Shown in pieces: positions 1 to 8,719 of a stretch of 22,703 nt of DNA. Below the pieces are notes generated by a model. That model made no database searches. It worked only from the letters and a program-made list of their open reading frames with translations, and was not told where the DNA came from. Position numbers and translations under genes: made by a program. Every line of letters begins with the position of its first letter. Within the stretch, counting starts at the first letter, position 1. This DNA is from Candidatus Heimdallarchaeota archaeon (GTDB lineage: Archaea; Asgardarchaeota; Heimdallarchaeia; Heimdallarchaeales; Heimdallarchaeaceae). Location of the stretch: assembly GCA_016839945.1 (NCBI GenBank), contig JAEOTE010000129.1, forward strand, positions 1-22,703, given 5' to 3'.

Positions 1-216
1 CTAATAAAACTCAATTTATTAATTTTGTGCATATTATTTAGATTTGTTCTTATATTACTCTCTTCAACACCTTTTCTACAAATTTAACACTTACCATGCC
101 ATTAAATCATATTCTGGAACTTTATTTGTATTTTTTACAATTCAAAATAGAATTTTGTCGGAGAGTTGTCCTCCTTTATAAATGATTTTACTGAAATTGT
201 TAATGGTGAAGACTTT

Positions 217-1362
217 ATGGCTACATCCGCAAAATCAAAAATAGTAAATAAAACAGATCAAATTGATTTTTTAGTAGAATGCGTAGATATAGCAATATCA
301 GAGGAGCTTGGCTCTCCTTATTTGATAAAATTAGCAAAGGAAAGGGGAATAAAACAAGGTGACATTAACGATTGGGTTGACCTAGCTGATAAACTTGGTC
401 CAACTGATCCTGATACTTTTAGAAATTTCCCTGTAAACTACACAACAACTAAATGGGCTCAACAATGGTATGCAAAAACACCTGGAGCAGAATTACAAGT
501 TGCAGAGACAGGTGGCACTACTGGATTTCCGAAAAAAAACATACTCCTAGCAAATACTACCAGAATAGACTTTGAAGATATGGATTATTTCGATTTAGAT
601 ACTGACACTTTCAATGTGCTTGTTAAACTCTGTATAGATAACTTCAAAGATTTTGGAATTCCTAAAGACCTGACTTATCTAGCGACTGTCCCAACAGGTC
701 CCCACACGATTGGTAAGTGGACCTTGAAATCCTTTGAACGTGACTTAGCTAAATCTGTATTCATGATTGACATGGATCCCCGATTCGTTAAGGTCGCTAT
801 GATGGCGGATCCTAAAATCGGAGGCATGTACCTTCAACATATGCAAGATCAGGTTCAACGATTAGTTAAACAAGAGTTTCCTTTTATTTCAGCTATGTTT
901 ACCACAGGTGTACTCATCGAAAAGATGTTTCCACTTATACAGAATCTTCGAGAAAAAGGTAATCTTCAAGCTATTGTTCATGGTGGTACTCCTCTAAGCA
1001 ATGAAACTCTCAAAGTTCTACGAGAGGACCTAAAACTGCCTGTAATAGGCTTTTACGGACAATCACTCTTTGGAACTGCTTTCGAATCTATTGAGCATGA
1101 AGGTTATCACATAGACTACTACCCACATCCTAGAATGAATATGTTCATTGTGAACGATCATACTGACATTACTACCAGAGTTAACTATGGTGAAGAAGGT
1201 ACTGTTGTTTCTCAACGTATTAGTCCTGAGACAGTTATACCTGCTTTGGTTCAAACTGGTGACATTGCAACTTTGATTAAACCTAATGGTAAATTTACAG
1301 CTGATGGGGCTCGTGATCCGCATCGAGTCTTAGTGCAAGGCGAACAAATGGGAGTCTACTAA
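217..1362 (+). CDS. EhpF/GriC-like adenylate-forming enzyme (ANL superfamily, PaaK/LuxE-like fold), putative adenylating subunit of a carboxylate reductase
   Basis: Contains the ANL phosphate-binding loop ETGGTTGFPK, then PTGPHTIG, FMIDMDPRFVK, HGGT, FYGQS and a C-terminal GD, the motif order of EhpF/GriC-type proteins. ATG at 217 follows GGTGA (205-209) and is preferred to the track's TTG at 166 (same frame). Confidence 0.75.
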   Translation: MATSAKSKIVNKTDQIDFLVECVDIAISEELGSPYLIKLAKERGIKQGDINDWVDLADKLGPTDPDTFRNFPVNYTTTKWAQQWYAKTPGAELQVAETGGTTGFPKKNILLANTTRIDFEDMDYFDLDTDTFNVLVKLCIDNFKDFGIPKDLTYLATVPTGPHTIGKWTLKSFERDLAKSVFMIDMDPRFVKVAMMADPKIGGMYLQHMQDQVQRLVKQEFPFISAMFTTGVLIEKMFPLIQNLREKGNLQAIVHGGTPLSNETLKVLREDLKLPVIGFYGQSLFGTAFESIEHEGYHIDYYPHPRMNMFIVNDHTDITTRVNYGEEGTVVSQRISPETVIPALVQTGDIATLIKPNGKFTADGARDPHRVLVQGEQMGVY

Positions 1363-1374
1363 ATTAGTTTTGAT

Positions 1375-1403
1375 TCAACCAAGGGAGGTTGATTTTTCTT
1401 TCT
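1375..1403 (+). terminator. Possible terminator of the ANL gene: TCAACC-N6-GGTTGA hairpin followed by a T tract
   Basis: 6-bp stem (1375-1380 with 1387-1392) followed by TTTTTCTTTCTTTTT, starting 13 nt after the stop at 1362. Overlaps repeat copy 1. Confidence 0.4.
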
Positions 1404-2064
1404 TTTTACTTCGAGCTAACTTAATTATTAATGGCATCTCTATAAGTACAAAAAGAACTACTGTAAAATCTGTATTTATTAAATTTATTCCCCCTAGAAA
1501 AATTACTTCTATAATAAAATTAAACTCACTAAATATATATTGTGTTTTTCTATATTTGACAATACCTGTCTTTTCATGGACTATTAATTCAAATTGAAGG
1601 TATGTAGCATTACCTACACGTGTTCCATTTACTACTATATCTCCTTCATTCTGTTCTACTGAATAATCTTGATATTCTCCGCTTATATTAAGATAGTGCT
1701 CATATAGACTAATTATTGATAGTCCTTCAACATATTTTATTGGTAATATATATCTGGGGATAAGAGCTGTTATTATGTACCTTTCCTCTACTAAAGTACC
1801 ATTTATTGTTAGATTGAAATATCTATAGAGAAAATCATGATCAATTGCGAAATCCGGAATATCTTGTATAATTTCTATTTCCACTAAATAAGTTTCATTT
1901 TCTATTTCTGGGGTGAAAAAATTGTTTGATTCTTCCCATTCCAATACCTTACCTTTTTTTAGTTTAGGTGAAAAATAATTAGTTTCAATTTCTGCATTCA
2001 CCACCATGATATTACAAAATAAAAGTATAAGAATTGATATAATTATGGAATTTCTTATTTTCAT
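1375..2064 (-). CDS. Hypothetical secreted protein with a C-terminal membrane anchor
   Basis: Signal peptide MKIRNSIIISILILLFCNIMVVNA (likely ATG at 2064; track start is 2079). C-terminal hydrophobic segment followed by RSKKKEK. Confidence 0.7.
   Translation of the reverse strand: MKIRNSIIISILILLFCNIMVVNAEIETNYFSPKLKKGKVLEWEESNNFFTPEIENETYLVEIEIIQDIPDFAIDHDFLYRYFNLTINGTLVEERYIITALIPRYILPIKYVEGLSIISLYEHYLNISGEYQDYSVEQNEGDIVVNGTRVGNATYLQFELIVHEKTGIVKYRKTQYIFSEFNFIIEVIFLGGINLINTDFTVVLFVLIEMPLIIKLARSKKKEKSTSLG
1383..1403 (+). repeat. Dispersed direct repeat, copy 1 (GGGAGGTTGATTTTTCTTTCT)
   Basis: 16 bp identical to 2134-2149; 18 bp (1386-1403) identical to 2852-2869. Confidence 0.75.
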
Positions 2065-2133
2065 TTCCAAAAATAGCAATGTTATAGACTTTTTTAAACT
2101 TGATGAATAAATATAATTGTTTTTTCAGTTTGT

Positions 2134-2149
2134 GGGAGGTTGATTTTTC
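2134..2149 (+). repeat. Dispersed direct repeat, copy 2 (GGGAGGTTGATTTTTC)
   Basis: Identical to 1383-1398; lies between two divergently oriented genes. Confidence 0.75.
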
Positions 2150-2195
2150 ATTTTTTTAGCTAAACTTATTTAGTCTTTTACACAAAATTGAAGAT

Positions 2196-2858
2196 GTGTC
2201 TAATTCATCTCTGTTTGATTATTTGTACAAAGTTTCTTTTCTAAGCGAAAGAATCGCTAATAGAATTCTAGAAAAAACACTTGTAACAGATTTGTGTAGA
2301 ATAATTAACGAACAGTATCTTCATACCATAGGAGTCAATTTCTATGTAAGAGACATGGTAATTCAGGATAAGAAAACAAAAGTACAATTATGGTTTCTCA
2401 ATAATCATCCCAGATTTAGTTACGTAAATCCCCTCTATTTTAAAGGCTCTAGTTCATTCCTAATCGCTTTCAATACAAATAATGGAAATGCACTTCAATC
2501 GCTAGAGAGAGATATTGAAGGTATTTATGAATTTGGAAAAAATATCCCTGTGTATTTTTTGGGAATTGAAATCAGTCCTTCTAAAATGAGAGAAATAATT
2601 GATGAAATTATAGAAGAATCAAAAGAAGATGAGGGAGATGAGGAAGAAAAAGAATTTAAATTCCTTGAATGTGAATATCAGGAAGTTATAGATTCAAAGA
2701 AGCTTGAAGATCAAGAGATTTCTGATTTTCTTAAAAACATCAAAACAAAATACGATGAACTTGATTGTAATTACTTCAAAGTTGAAGAAAATTCTTATGA
2801 AAATTTCTTAAATATTTTTGATGAATTAGTCGAAGAATTAATCAGATTAGAAGGTTGA
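2196..2858 (+). CDS. Rab-like small-GTPase-fold protein with degenerate nucleotide-binding motifs (probable pseudo-GTPase)
   Basis: DYLYKV resembles Rab DYLFKL. TIGVNF, KVQLW, RFSYVN, YFKGS and IAFNTN match RabF1-F5 in order. G1 GxxxxGKS, G3 DxxG and G4 NKxD are absent. GTG start. Confidence 0.75.
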   Translation: MSNSSLFDYLYKVSFLSERIANRILEKTLVTDLCRIINEQYLHTIGVNFYVRDMVIQDKKTKVQLWFLNNHPRFSYVNPLYFKGSSSFLIAFNTNNGNALQSLERDIEGIYEFGKNIPVYFLGIEISPSKMREIIDEIIEESKEDEGDEEEKEFKFLECEYQEVIDSKKLEDQEISDFLKNIKTKYDELDCNYFKVEENSYENFLNIFDELVEELIRLEG

Positions 2859-2869
2859 TTTTTCTTTCT
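2850..2869 (+). repeat. Dispersed direct repeat, copy 3 (GAAGGTTGATTTTTCTTTCT)
   Basis: Supplies the TGA stop of the Rab-like gene; 19/20 identical to 6760-6779. Confidence 0.75.
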
Positions 2870-3013
2870 ATTCAAACCGGAAACCTTTACTTGATTTCAT
2901 CAGATTTTTTCCTAAAACTGCTTAATAAAGTGAAAAATAGGGATATTTCGCTTTATTGCAGGTTGGTTTCACTTTTTTTACTAGTGAATATTTATTATTG
3001 GTTATGTAGTATA

Positions 3014-3925
3014 ATGATTGTTATGATTCAAGAAGAGTATAATAAAAAAAACTTGCATCAGAAAATTACTCTTAATAAATGGTTTATTATTGCTTTTACG
3101 AACACTCTAGTTTTACTTTCTGCAATTCTTCTACCTTTAGGTTTTTTTATTAATCAGAACATACTCCTATTTGGTTGGATACCTATAGCTGGTTTAATTG
3201 TAATTGTTGTTGATTTGTTAATTTTTAGATATATTTTCTTGAAGCATCAACTAAAAGAAGAAGAATCAGTGTATATAGGAAAGAGAAAAAACATAACATT
3301 CGTGTTGATGTTATTATTTGTATTATTATTTATTTATGATTTCATCATAACAATAATGAAAACAGTAGAATTTTATTTGTTTCCAGATAATTTCTATTAT
3401 GGATATGTTTGTGCTTTAGTGATTTTAGCAATAATACTATTTTTGAATAGTACTGATTTCTCAAAATTACAAGTTGATTCGATAGTAGGTGGATCACTGT
3501 TAGTTATCTATTCAGTTTTGCTAAGTCCTCATGTATTAAGTATATTTTCCTATCAAGTTTACCCTTACTTACCATTTAATCTTGTATTTAGATCACTTCT
3601 TTCTTTTGGGTTAACACTTGCATTCTTTACTTTTCAAAGAATGAGAAAATTTAAGATTTTACCACTCTTACTTCTTTATGCTTGGATATTCATTCCTTTC
3701 CAGATAATCAATTGGTTTGGATTTACAATGTATTATCCATTTGAAGTAACTCAAGATTTATTTCACAGCAATCCTGCTCTAATTAGATTGATTGAAACTT
3801 CATCACTAGTTATAGCTTCTTGTTTGATAGTTTTTGTTATGGCAATAATGCTTTTTGCATTAAAACTATTATCAAATAATCTTCAAAAGAATCATATAAG
3901 CATAATTAAAGAAAAACAGGAATGA
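3014..3925 (+). CDS. Hypothetical polytopic membrane protein
   Basis: About 8-9 hydrophobic helices. Real start is probably ATG 3014 or 3023; the track's TTG at 2855 lies inside repeat copy 3. Confidence 0.7.
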   Translation: MIVMIQEEYNKKNLHQKITLNKWFIIAFTNTLVLLSAILLPLGFFINQNILLFGWIPIAGLIVIVVDLLIFRYIFLKHQLKEEESVYIGKRKNITFVLMLLFVLLFIYDFIITIMKTVEFYLFPDNFYYGYVCALVILAIILFLNSTDFSKLQVDSIVGGSLLVIYSVLLSPHVLSIFSYQVYPYLPFNLVFRSLLSFGLTLAFFTFQRMRKFKILPLLLLYAWIFIPFQIINWFGFTMYYPFEVTQDLFHSNPALIRLIETSSLVIASCLIVFVMAIMLFALKLLSNNLQKNHISIIKEKQE

Positions 3926-3946
3926 TAGAGATAGTTACTTTCAATT

Positions 3947-5542
3947 TTAAAGGAGAAGATTTTTCTTTCTTTTCTTAGCAACTAGATAGAACAAGCAACA
4001 AAAAATCACTATTGTAAAAGTATTAGGTTTTTTATATTCACTGATAATTGGGTATCCTTCAACATATAATAATGGATAAGGATCTACAGAACCATTTCCC
4101 CAAATTAAATAACTTCCCTCGCCATCAAAGTTTGACCAGTAGTTCCCAGTCAGACTATCTTGGTTGTACCATGTATTGTTAGTTCCATATTCATATGCTT
4201 GAGAATTCCCACCTATATTATTATCAATAAAGATGTTATGATAGATGAGATTGTTATTAGAATAATGCATGTAGATCCCATAGTTACTATTGTTCTTAAT
4301 AGTGTTGTTTCTCAAGATACAATTATTTGTATAGAATATTGAGAAACCATAGTTACTATTATTGGAACAATCATTGAGTTCAAATAATAAATCACGTGCA
4401 TTGCTTAAAGCTATCCCATTTATGTTAGAATTGAAACTATTGTTTGTAATTTTAGTTCCTGGAGATGATGAGATATATAGTCCTAGATTTCCCGAATTAC
4501 AGATATTACCTTCAACATTTGAATAATGACAAGATATAAGTTGAATTCCAGCTGAATGATTGCTGAAATCATTGGAACATATTTTTGAATTATAACATGC
4601 TTGCAACTCTATACTACCGGTATTAAATTCTATTCTACAATAATCTGAGTAAATTGAATATAATCTAAATTCAGTGTTATTTTGTATAAAACAATAATCA
4701 CTATTACTGAGATGTAATCTACCACTAGTATTGTTATATACTGTAGCATTATTGCAAAAATACATCTTAAGCGATAAATTTGTTAAATTTAAATCGTAAA
4801 TGGAAGAATTAAAACAATTAATTAAGATTACTTGACTGGAATTTCTATTATTAACATGGATATTTTCTTTATTACTATAAACCAAAATTTCTTCTCCTTT
4901 TAACGTATTATTTTCAAAATATATTTTATCTACATCATATAAGCCGTAGATGAAGAGAGTTATCCCGGAATTAGAAAATAAATTATGAGTTACATTATTG
5001 GAGTTTGATTCTTCTAAATGAACACCTGGAACATTATTTTCTGTAATAACACACAATTCAGAACGATAAAGATTAATATATCCTATATCCGGACACAGAT
5101 TATTTCTAACTATTACTCCATTAGAAGAAGAAATATTGATAATTCTAGAACAATTATAGAAGAAATTATTTTCTATAATAGCTGTGTTTTCTTTAATGTT
5201 ATAAAAGCTTATACCAAATTCAGCACTAAGATTACAGTTATTAATTGTGAAATGAGCAGTTGTGTCTCGAATACTGATTGCTATTTCTATTGGTACATAA
5301 CCATATTTTCCAAAAACAACAATAGATAAATTAGCTATTTTATATGGGTTTGATAATGTCCCATCCCCTTCAAATCCGTAATCTGTAAAATTCTGATCAG
5401 AAGTGATTAAAATAGGTTCTGAACTAGTTAAATCATTTATTTCAAAATCTACTTTATTTATGAGTGTTTTTGAAGAATTAATTTGTAGTGAGAATATAAT
5501 ACTAGTTAAGATAATTATCATTATAATTGTGGTTTTTTTCAC
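3947..5542 (-). CDS. Parallel beta-helix (NosD/CASH, pectin-lyase-like) surface protein with a C-terminal membrane anchor
   Basis: Signal peptide, GDGTLSNPYKI, many Asn-rich PbH1-type repeats (NNSNYGIYMHYSNNNLIYHNIF), GNYWSNFDG...DPYPL, then a TM helix and KKRKK. GTG at 5542 after GGTG is preferred to TTG 5557. Confidence 0.85.
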   Translation of the reverse strand: MKKTTIIMIIILTSIIFSLQINSSKTLINKVDFEINDLTSSEPILITSDQNFTDYGFEGDGTLSNPYKIANLSIVVFGKYGYVPIEIAISIRDTTAHFTINNCNLSAEFGISFYNIKENTAIIENNFFYNCSRIINISSSNGVIVRNNLCPDIGYINLYRSELCVITENNVPGVHLEESNSNNVTHNLFSNSGITLFIYGLYDVDKIYFENNTLKGEEILVYSNKENIHVNNRNSSQVILINCFNSSIYDLNLTNLSLKMYFCNNATVYNNTSGRLHLSNSDYCFIQNNTEFRLYSIYSDYCRIEFNTGSIELQACYNSKICSNDFSNHSAGIQLISCHYSNVEGNICNSGNLGLYISSSPGTKITNNSFNSNINGIALSNARDLLFELNDCSNNSNYGFSIFYTNNCILRNNTIKNNSNYGIYMHYSNNNLIYHNIFIDNNIGGNSQAYEYGTNNTWYNQDSLTGNYWSNFDGEGSYLIWGNGSVDPYPLLYVEGYPIISEYKKPNTFTIVIFCCLFYLVAKKRKKNLLL

Positions 5543-5624
5543 TAGCACCAGAAGCAAGGTTTTTTTTGAATTTTATAAATTCATCGGTTTCTTTTCATTT
5601 GTATATCTTTTATCTAGGATTAGA

Positions 5625-5634
5625 TTTATATAAA
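5625..5634. promoter_or_regulatory. Palindromic TATA box TTTATATAAA, probable promoter of the TFB paralog and possibly bidirectional
   Basis: Matches the archaeal TATA consensus on both strands. Ends 21 nt before ATG 5655, spacing consistent with a leaderless transcript. Confidence 0.5.
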
Positions 5635-5654
5635 TTATAGATTCTGAATCTGTG

Positions 5655-6740
5655 ATGGAAATTTGTGAAGAATGTGGATCAAAGGTAATAGAAGAAAATG
5701 ATACATATGTTTGTCAAAAATGTGGTCTTATCCTTGGTGTAGTACAAGAAGTATCTGCTTCTCAATTAGAATCTTCGCTAAAAGAAGATAACCGAAAAAA
5801 ACAGCAGCAAGTTTCAAATCCAAAGAGATTTCTCTGTGATGAATGTAACTCTATGCTAGAAGTTTCATCAAAGAGAATTACTTGTTCTAAATGCAGCCTT
5901 GTTTACAAACCTGTTGATAATAAACTAGCTATAGCATCTTCCTTAGGAACATCAATAGGGTCAATTAATGGATCTTCTACTAATTTTTATTATAAAAAGG
6001 ATGACAAGTATCATATCGTTGGACCCAAGGGGGATGATGCAGATCAAACAGCTTTAGAGATAATGAAGCAGGTTTCCAATCAATTACAAATACCAACAAA
6101 ATTACAAAAACGATCTATTCAACTTTTTCATAAATATAGAACGGAAAATCTTGTTAAGAGAGAAAAACATGTTACGCTTTCAGCTTTAGCGATACATCTT
6201 AGTGTTATTGAAACACATGAATATCCAATTACATTAAAAGAGATAGTTGATGAATACAGGAAATTAGGATACAGAGTTCTAGGAAAAAATATACATGAAT
6301 TAATGGTTGACTTTGGTTTAAAAACATCTTTCAAATCTGTTAGAAGAAGTGAGGAATATGTTTTTAGAATATGTAGTTTGATTTGTCGTAATAAAACTAT
6401 TGCTAAAAGAATCAAGAAGAGCTACGGTTTGGATTCTCATGTATATGAGAAAATTCTCCAAATACTATGTTTGAAAATACTTGAAGTTATTCCATTTTCT
6501 GATCGTAAAAATAAATTACCATATCCTCTTGCCGGTGTATCAGCTTACGTTAGTGATAAACTTCTTTCAAGAAAAGTAAATAGAACTCTTGCTCTTACTC
6601 AAAAACTAGTTAGTCATACAACTAATGTACCGTTGTATGTAATTAGAGATTATTCAAAGTTTATGTTTTCTTATGATTTTGATAATATAATAACCGAAAT
6701 AAGTAATAGATTATCTTCTTCCTTTGAATTCAAAAGCTAA
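5655..6740 (+). CDS. tfb: Divergent transcription factor B (TFB/TFIIB) paralog with two N-terminal zinc ribbons
   Basis: Ribbons CEEC...CQKCG and CDEC...CSKC; LGTSIG segment; two cyclin-like repeats (NQLQIP...LSALAIHLS...PITLKEI and PYPLAGVSAYVS); C-terminal HTH LTQKLVSHTTNVPLYVIR. Confidence 0.8.
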   Translation: MEICEECGSKVIEENDTYVCQKCGLILGVVQEVSASQLESSLKEDNRKKQQQVSNPKRFLCDECNSMLEVSSKRITCSKCSLVYKPVDNKLAIASSLGTSIGSINGSSTNFYYKKDDKYHIVGPKGDDADQTALEIMKQVSNQLQIPTKLQKRSIQLFHKYRTENLVKREKHVTLSALAIHLSVIETHEYPITLKEIVDEYRKLGYRVLGKNIHELMVDFGLKTSFKSVRRSEEYVFRICSLICRNKTIAKRIKKSYGLDSHVYEKILQILCLKILEVIPFSDRKNKLPYPLAGVSAYVSDKLLSRKVNRTLALTQKLVSHTTNVPLYVIRDYSKFMFSYDFDNIITEISNRLSSSFEFKS

Positions 6741-6759
6741 CTTTCATCCCTCATATGAA

Positions 6760-6779
6760 GAAGATTGATTTTTCTTTCT
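6760..6779 (+). repeat. Dispersed direct repeat, copy 4 (GAAGATTGATTTTTCTTTCT)
   Basis: Starts 20 nt after the TFB stop; 19/20 identical to copy 3. Confidence 0.65.
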
Positions 6780-6890
6780 TAAACTAACTAAAATACCAAA
6801 CAACTATCTGAAGATAAGAACGATTACATAAGCAATGATGCCTTGTTGAACCCAAAACGTTTTTTAAATCCAAGAAAATCTATTCAAACT

Positions 6891-7400
6891 ATGAAATTAC
6901 TCATCCTAGCTAAATGGGCAGGTTTTGAAATTGATTCAAGTGAGTGTTATGCAGAAATTACACCCTATAACCTATTTCTAGCATTAGAAGATCTTTGGGA
7001 ACATTTTGGAGCAGGATACAGTCCTGATATCATTTACAGTTTGAATAATACTTTCAATAAAATTTCTTCAGAAGATTCCAATATATTAGAACAATTAATG
7101 ATTGATAATCAACAAATTATTGACATCTATGAAGAATACAAAGAAGCTGATGCTTTCAGTTTAGTCAAAGAAGATCTTATCAAACTACTCAAAACTATTC
7201 AATTACTTCTAAAACACTTCCCCCAACTTGAGGAGGAATTTGAAGATGTTGTAATTGAATTTGGTGATGATTATCTCAGTGTCGATCTCTCTGTTACAGG
7301 GGCACCTTCTAAAGCGAGAATCGATTTTATGGTCGTAATGGGAGTTGAAGAGATTTTTGATAAAATGAAGCACCTAGATGTAGAATATCTAGATTTGTAA
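6891..7400 (+). CDS. Hypothetical acidic soluble protein
   Basis: Uninterrupted D/E-rich ORF with no recognised motif. ATG 6891 is preferred to TTG 6843. Confidence 0.6.
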   Translation: MKLLILAKWAGFEIDSSECYAEITPYNLFLALEDLWEHFGAGYSPDIIYSLNNTFNKISSEDSNILEQLMIDNQQIIDIYEEYKEADAFSLVKEDLIKLLKTIQLLLKHFPQLEEEFEDVVIEFGDDYLSVDLSVTGAPSKARIDFMVVMGVEEIFDKMKHLDVEYLDL

Positions 7401-7472
7401 TCCGGATTATGTTATAATTTTGCAATTCCCTTCTTTACTTAGTGATTTTTTACTCACATGTTGTGATTTTTG

Positions 7473-7490
7473 TTTATATAGCTATATAAA
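7473..7490. promoter_or_regulatory. Perfect 18-bp palindrome TTTATATAGCTATATAAA (two opposed TATA boxes)
   Basis: Equal to its own reverse complement; about 55 nt upstream of the Ntn-hydrolase gene. Confidence 0.45.
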
Positions 7491-7545
7491 GGTCTATTAC
7501 TAAAATAGCAAGTATTTCCGAGTAAAAATTTAAACAAGTGATTTG

Positions 7546-8688
7546 ATGAAAAGACAAAAGAATAAATCAATTAAGCTGCTTTCTTTCAGTTTTATTTTGC
7601 TAATGTTTTTCTTTATTAATTCTAATCTACTAACAGCTCAATCATATCTTCAGCTGAATAAGAATCTTTCATGTACTAATTTTGCTGCTTCTTTTGGTGA
7701 TACAATTCTTCTTGGTAATAGTGAAGATGGAGGATTGGATCATCCTCTTGGTATAGACCCTTTAAGCAGTCAATTGTATTATTTTGTTTCGGATGAAGAG
7801 CATTATGGATGTGCGTTTATCGGCTGGCGCTGGAAAGGAGTTGGAGTAGGTATAGGAGGTGGAATGAACGATCAGGGTTTATGCTATGATCAGACTGGGA
7901 TTCCCGATACACCCGTTAATACTCCTCCAAATCCAACTTATACAGTTGCAGGAAATTTTGTTCAGAAGGATGTTTTAGCACTAAATGCCAATGTTTCCGA
8001 AGTTATTGATTTCTTTATGAGTTGTGATTGGGCAGGATCTTGGTGGTATCAATGGCTTTTTGCTGATGCATTTGGAGATATAGTTATTATTAGTCCAGGT
8101 ATAGATGGAGATCTTGTTTTTACACGTATAAACGCTGGAGAAGATGGATTTTTGACACAAACAAATTTCAATAGAGCTAATAATAAAAGTGGTGAGTACC
8201 CTTGTTGGCGTTATGAAGCTTCATATGATTTGCTAAGTGAAATAGAAAGTGAAGAAGATCTTACACCATCGAAATTCAATGAAGTTTTAGATGCGGTTCA
8301 TTTTCCTAAATTTGGAGGTTCTTTCACACACTACTCAAATACTTATGATCCAGTAAATAAAATGATGTACCTAAATTATATGGGTAATTTTGAGGAAACT
8401 GCAACTATTAATATAACAAAGGAATTACAGGATACTGAATTAGAAGTTGATAATTTAACAGAGGAAGTACAGGGGACTAAATACAAAGCTGTTCCTGTTG
8501 CTGATTATTTCTCAGAAGAAACTGCAGAAAATGGTCTCAAAAATTACAAGAAATGGAAAGGAACAAATATATTTGTATATAGAGTTCTACCTATAACCGC
8601 TATTGTTTTGATAATAGGTGGTATATCTGTTGGTATTTATTTATTAATTAAGAAGTTAAAAAATAGAAAGTATTTAACAAATTCATGA
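7546..8688 (+). CDS. Secreted, membrane-anchored cysteine Ntn hydrolase (peptidase C45 / choloylglycine-hydrolase-like)
   Basis: Signal peptide; S|CT...GNSED nucleophile motif; GGMNDQGL; QWLFADAFGD; TNF; CWRYE; C-terminal TM helix plus KKLKNRK. Confidence 0.8.
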   Translation: MKRQKNKSIKLLSFSFILLMFFFINSNLLTAQSYLQLNKNLSCTNFAASFGDTILLGNSEDGGLDHPLGIDPLSSQLYYFVSDEEHYGCAFIGWRWKGVGVGIGGGMNDQGLCYDQTGIPDTPVNTPPNPTYTVAGNFVQKDVLALNANVSEVIDFFMSCDWAGSWWYQWLFADAFGDIVIISPGIDGDLVFTRINAGEDGFLTQTNFNRANNKSGEYPCWRYEASYDLLSEIESEEDLTPSKFNEVLDAVHFPKFGGSFTHYSNTYDPVNKMMYLNYMGNFEETATINITKELQDTELEVDNLTEEVQGTKYKAVPVADYFSEETAENGLKNYKKWKGTNIFVYRVLPITAIVLIIGGISVGIYLLIKKLKNRKYLTNS

Positions 8689-8719
8689 AAAATTTATAAA
8701 CTCAAAGAGTATTCCTAAA

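Noticed and set aside
217-1362. Phenazine biosynthesis cluster
   Set aside because: No phzA/B/D/E/F/G core genes in the window; EhpF similarity alone does not imply phenazine synthesis.
2855-3013. N-terminal 53 codons of the track's 356-aa membrane protein
   Set aside because: The TTG start sits inside the boundary repeat and overlaps the previous stop; probably intergenic sequence, with the real start near 3014-3023.
1383-6779. Boundary repeat as a CRISPR array or classical attC sites
   Set aside because: Spacing is 0.7-3.9 kb with whole genes in between; no cas or integron-integrase gene; no paired RYYYAAC/GTTRRRY inverted cores.
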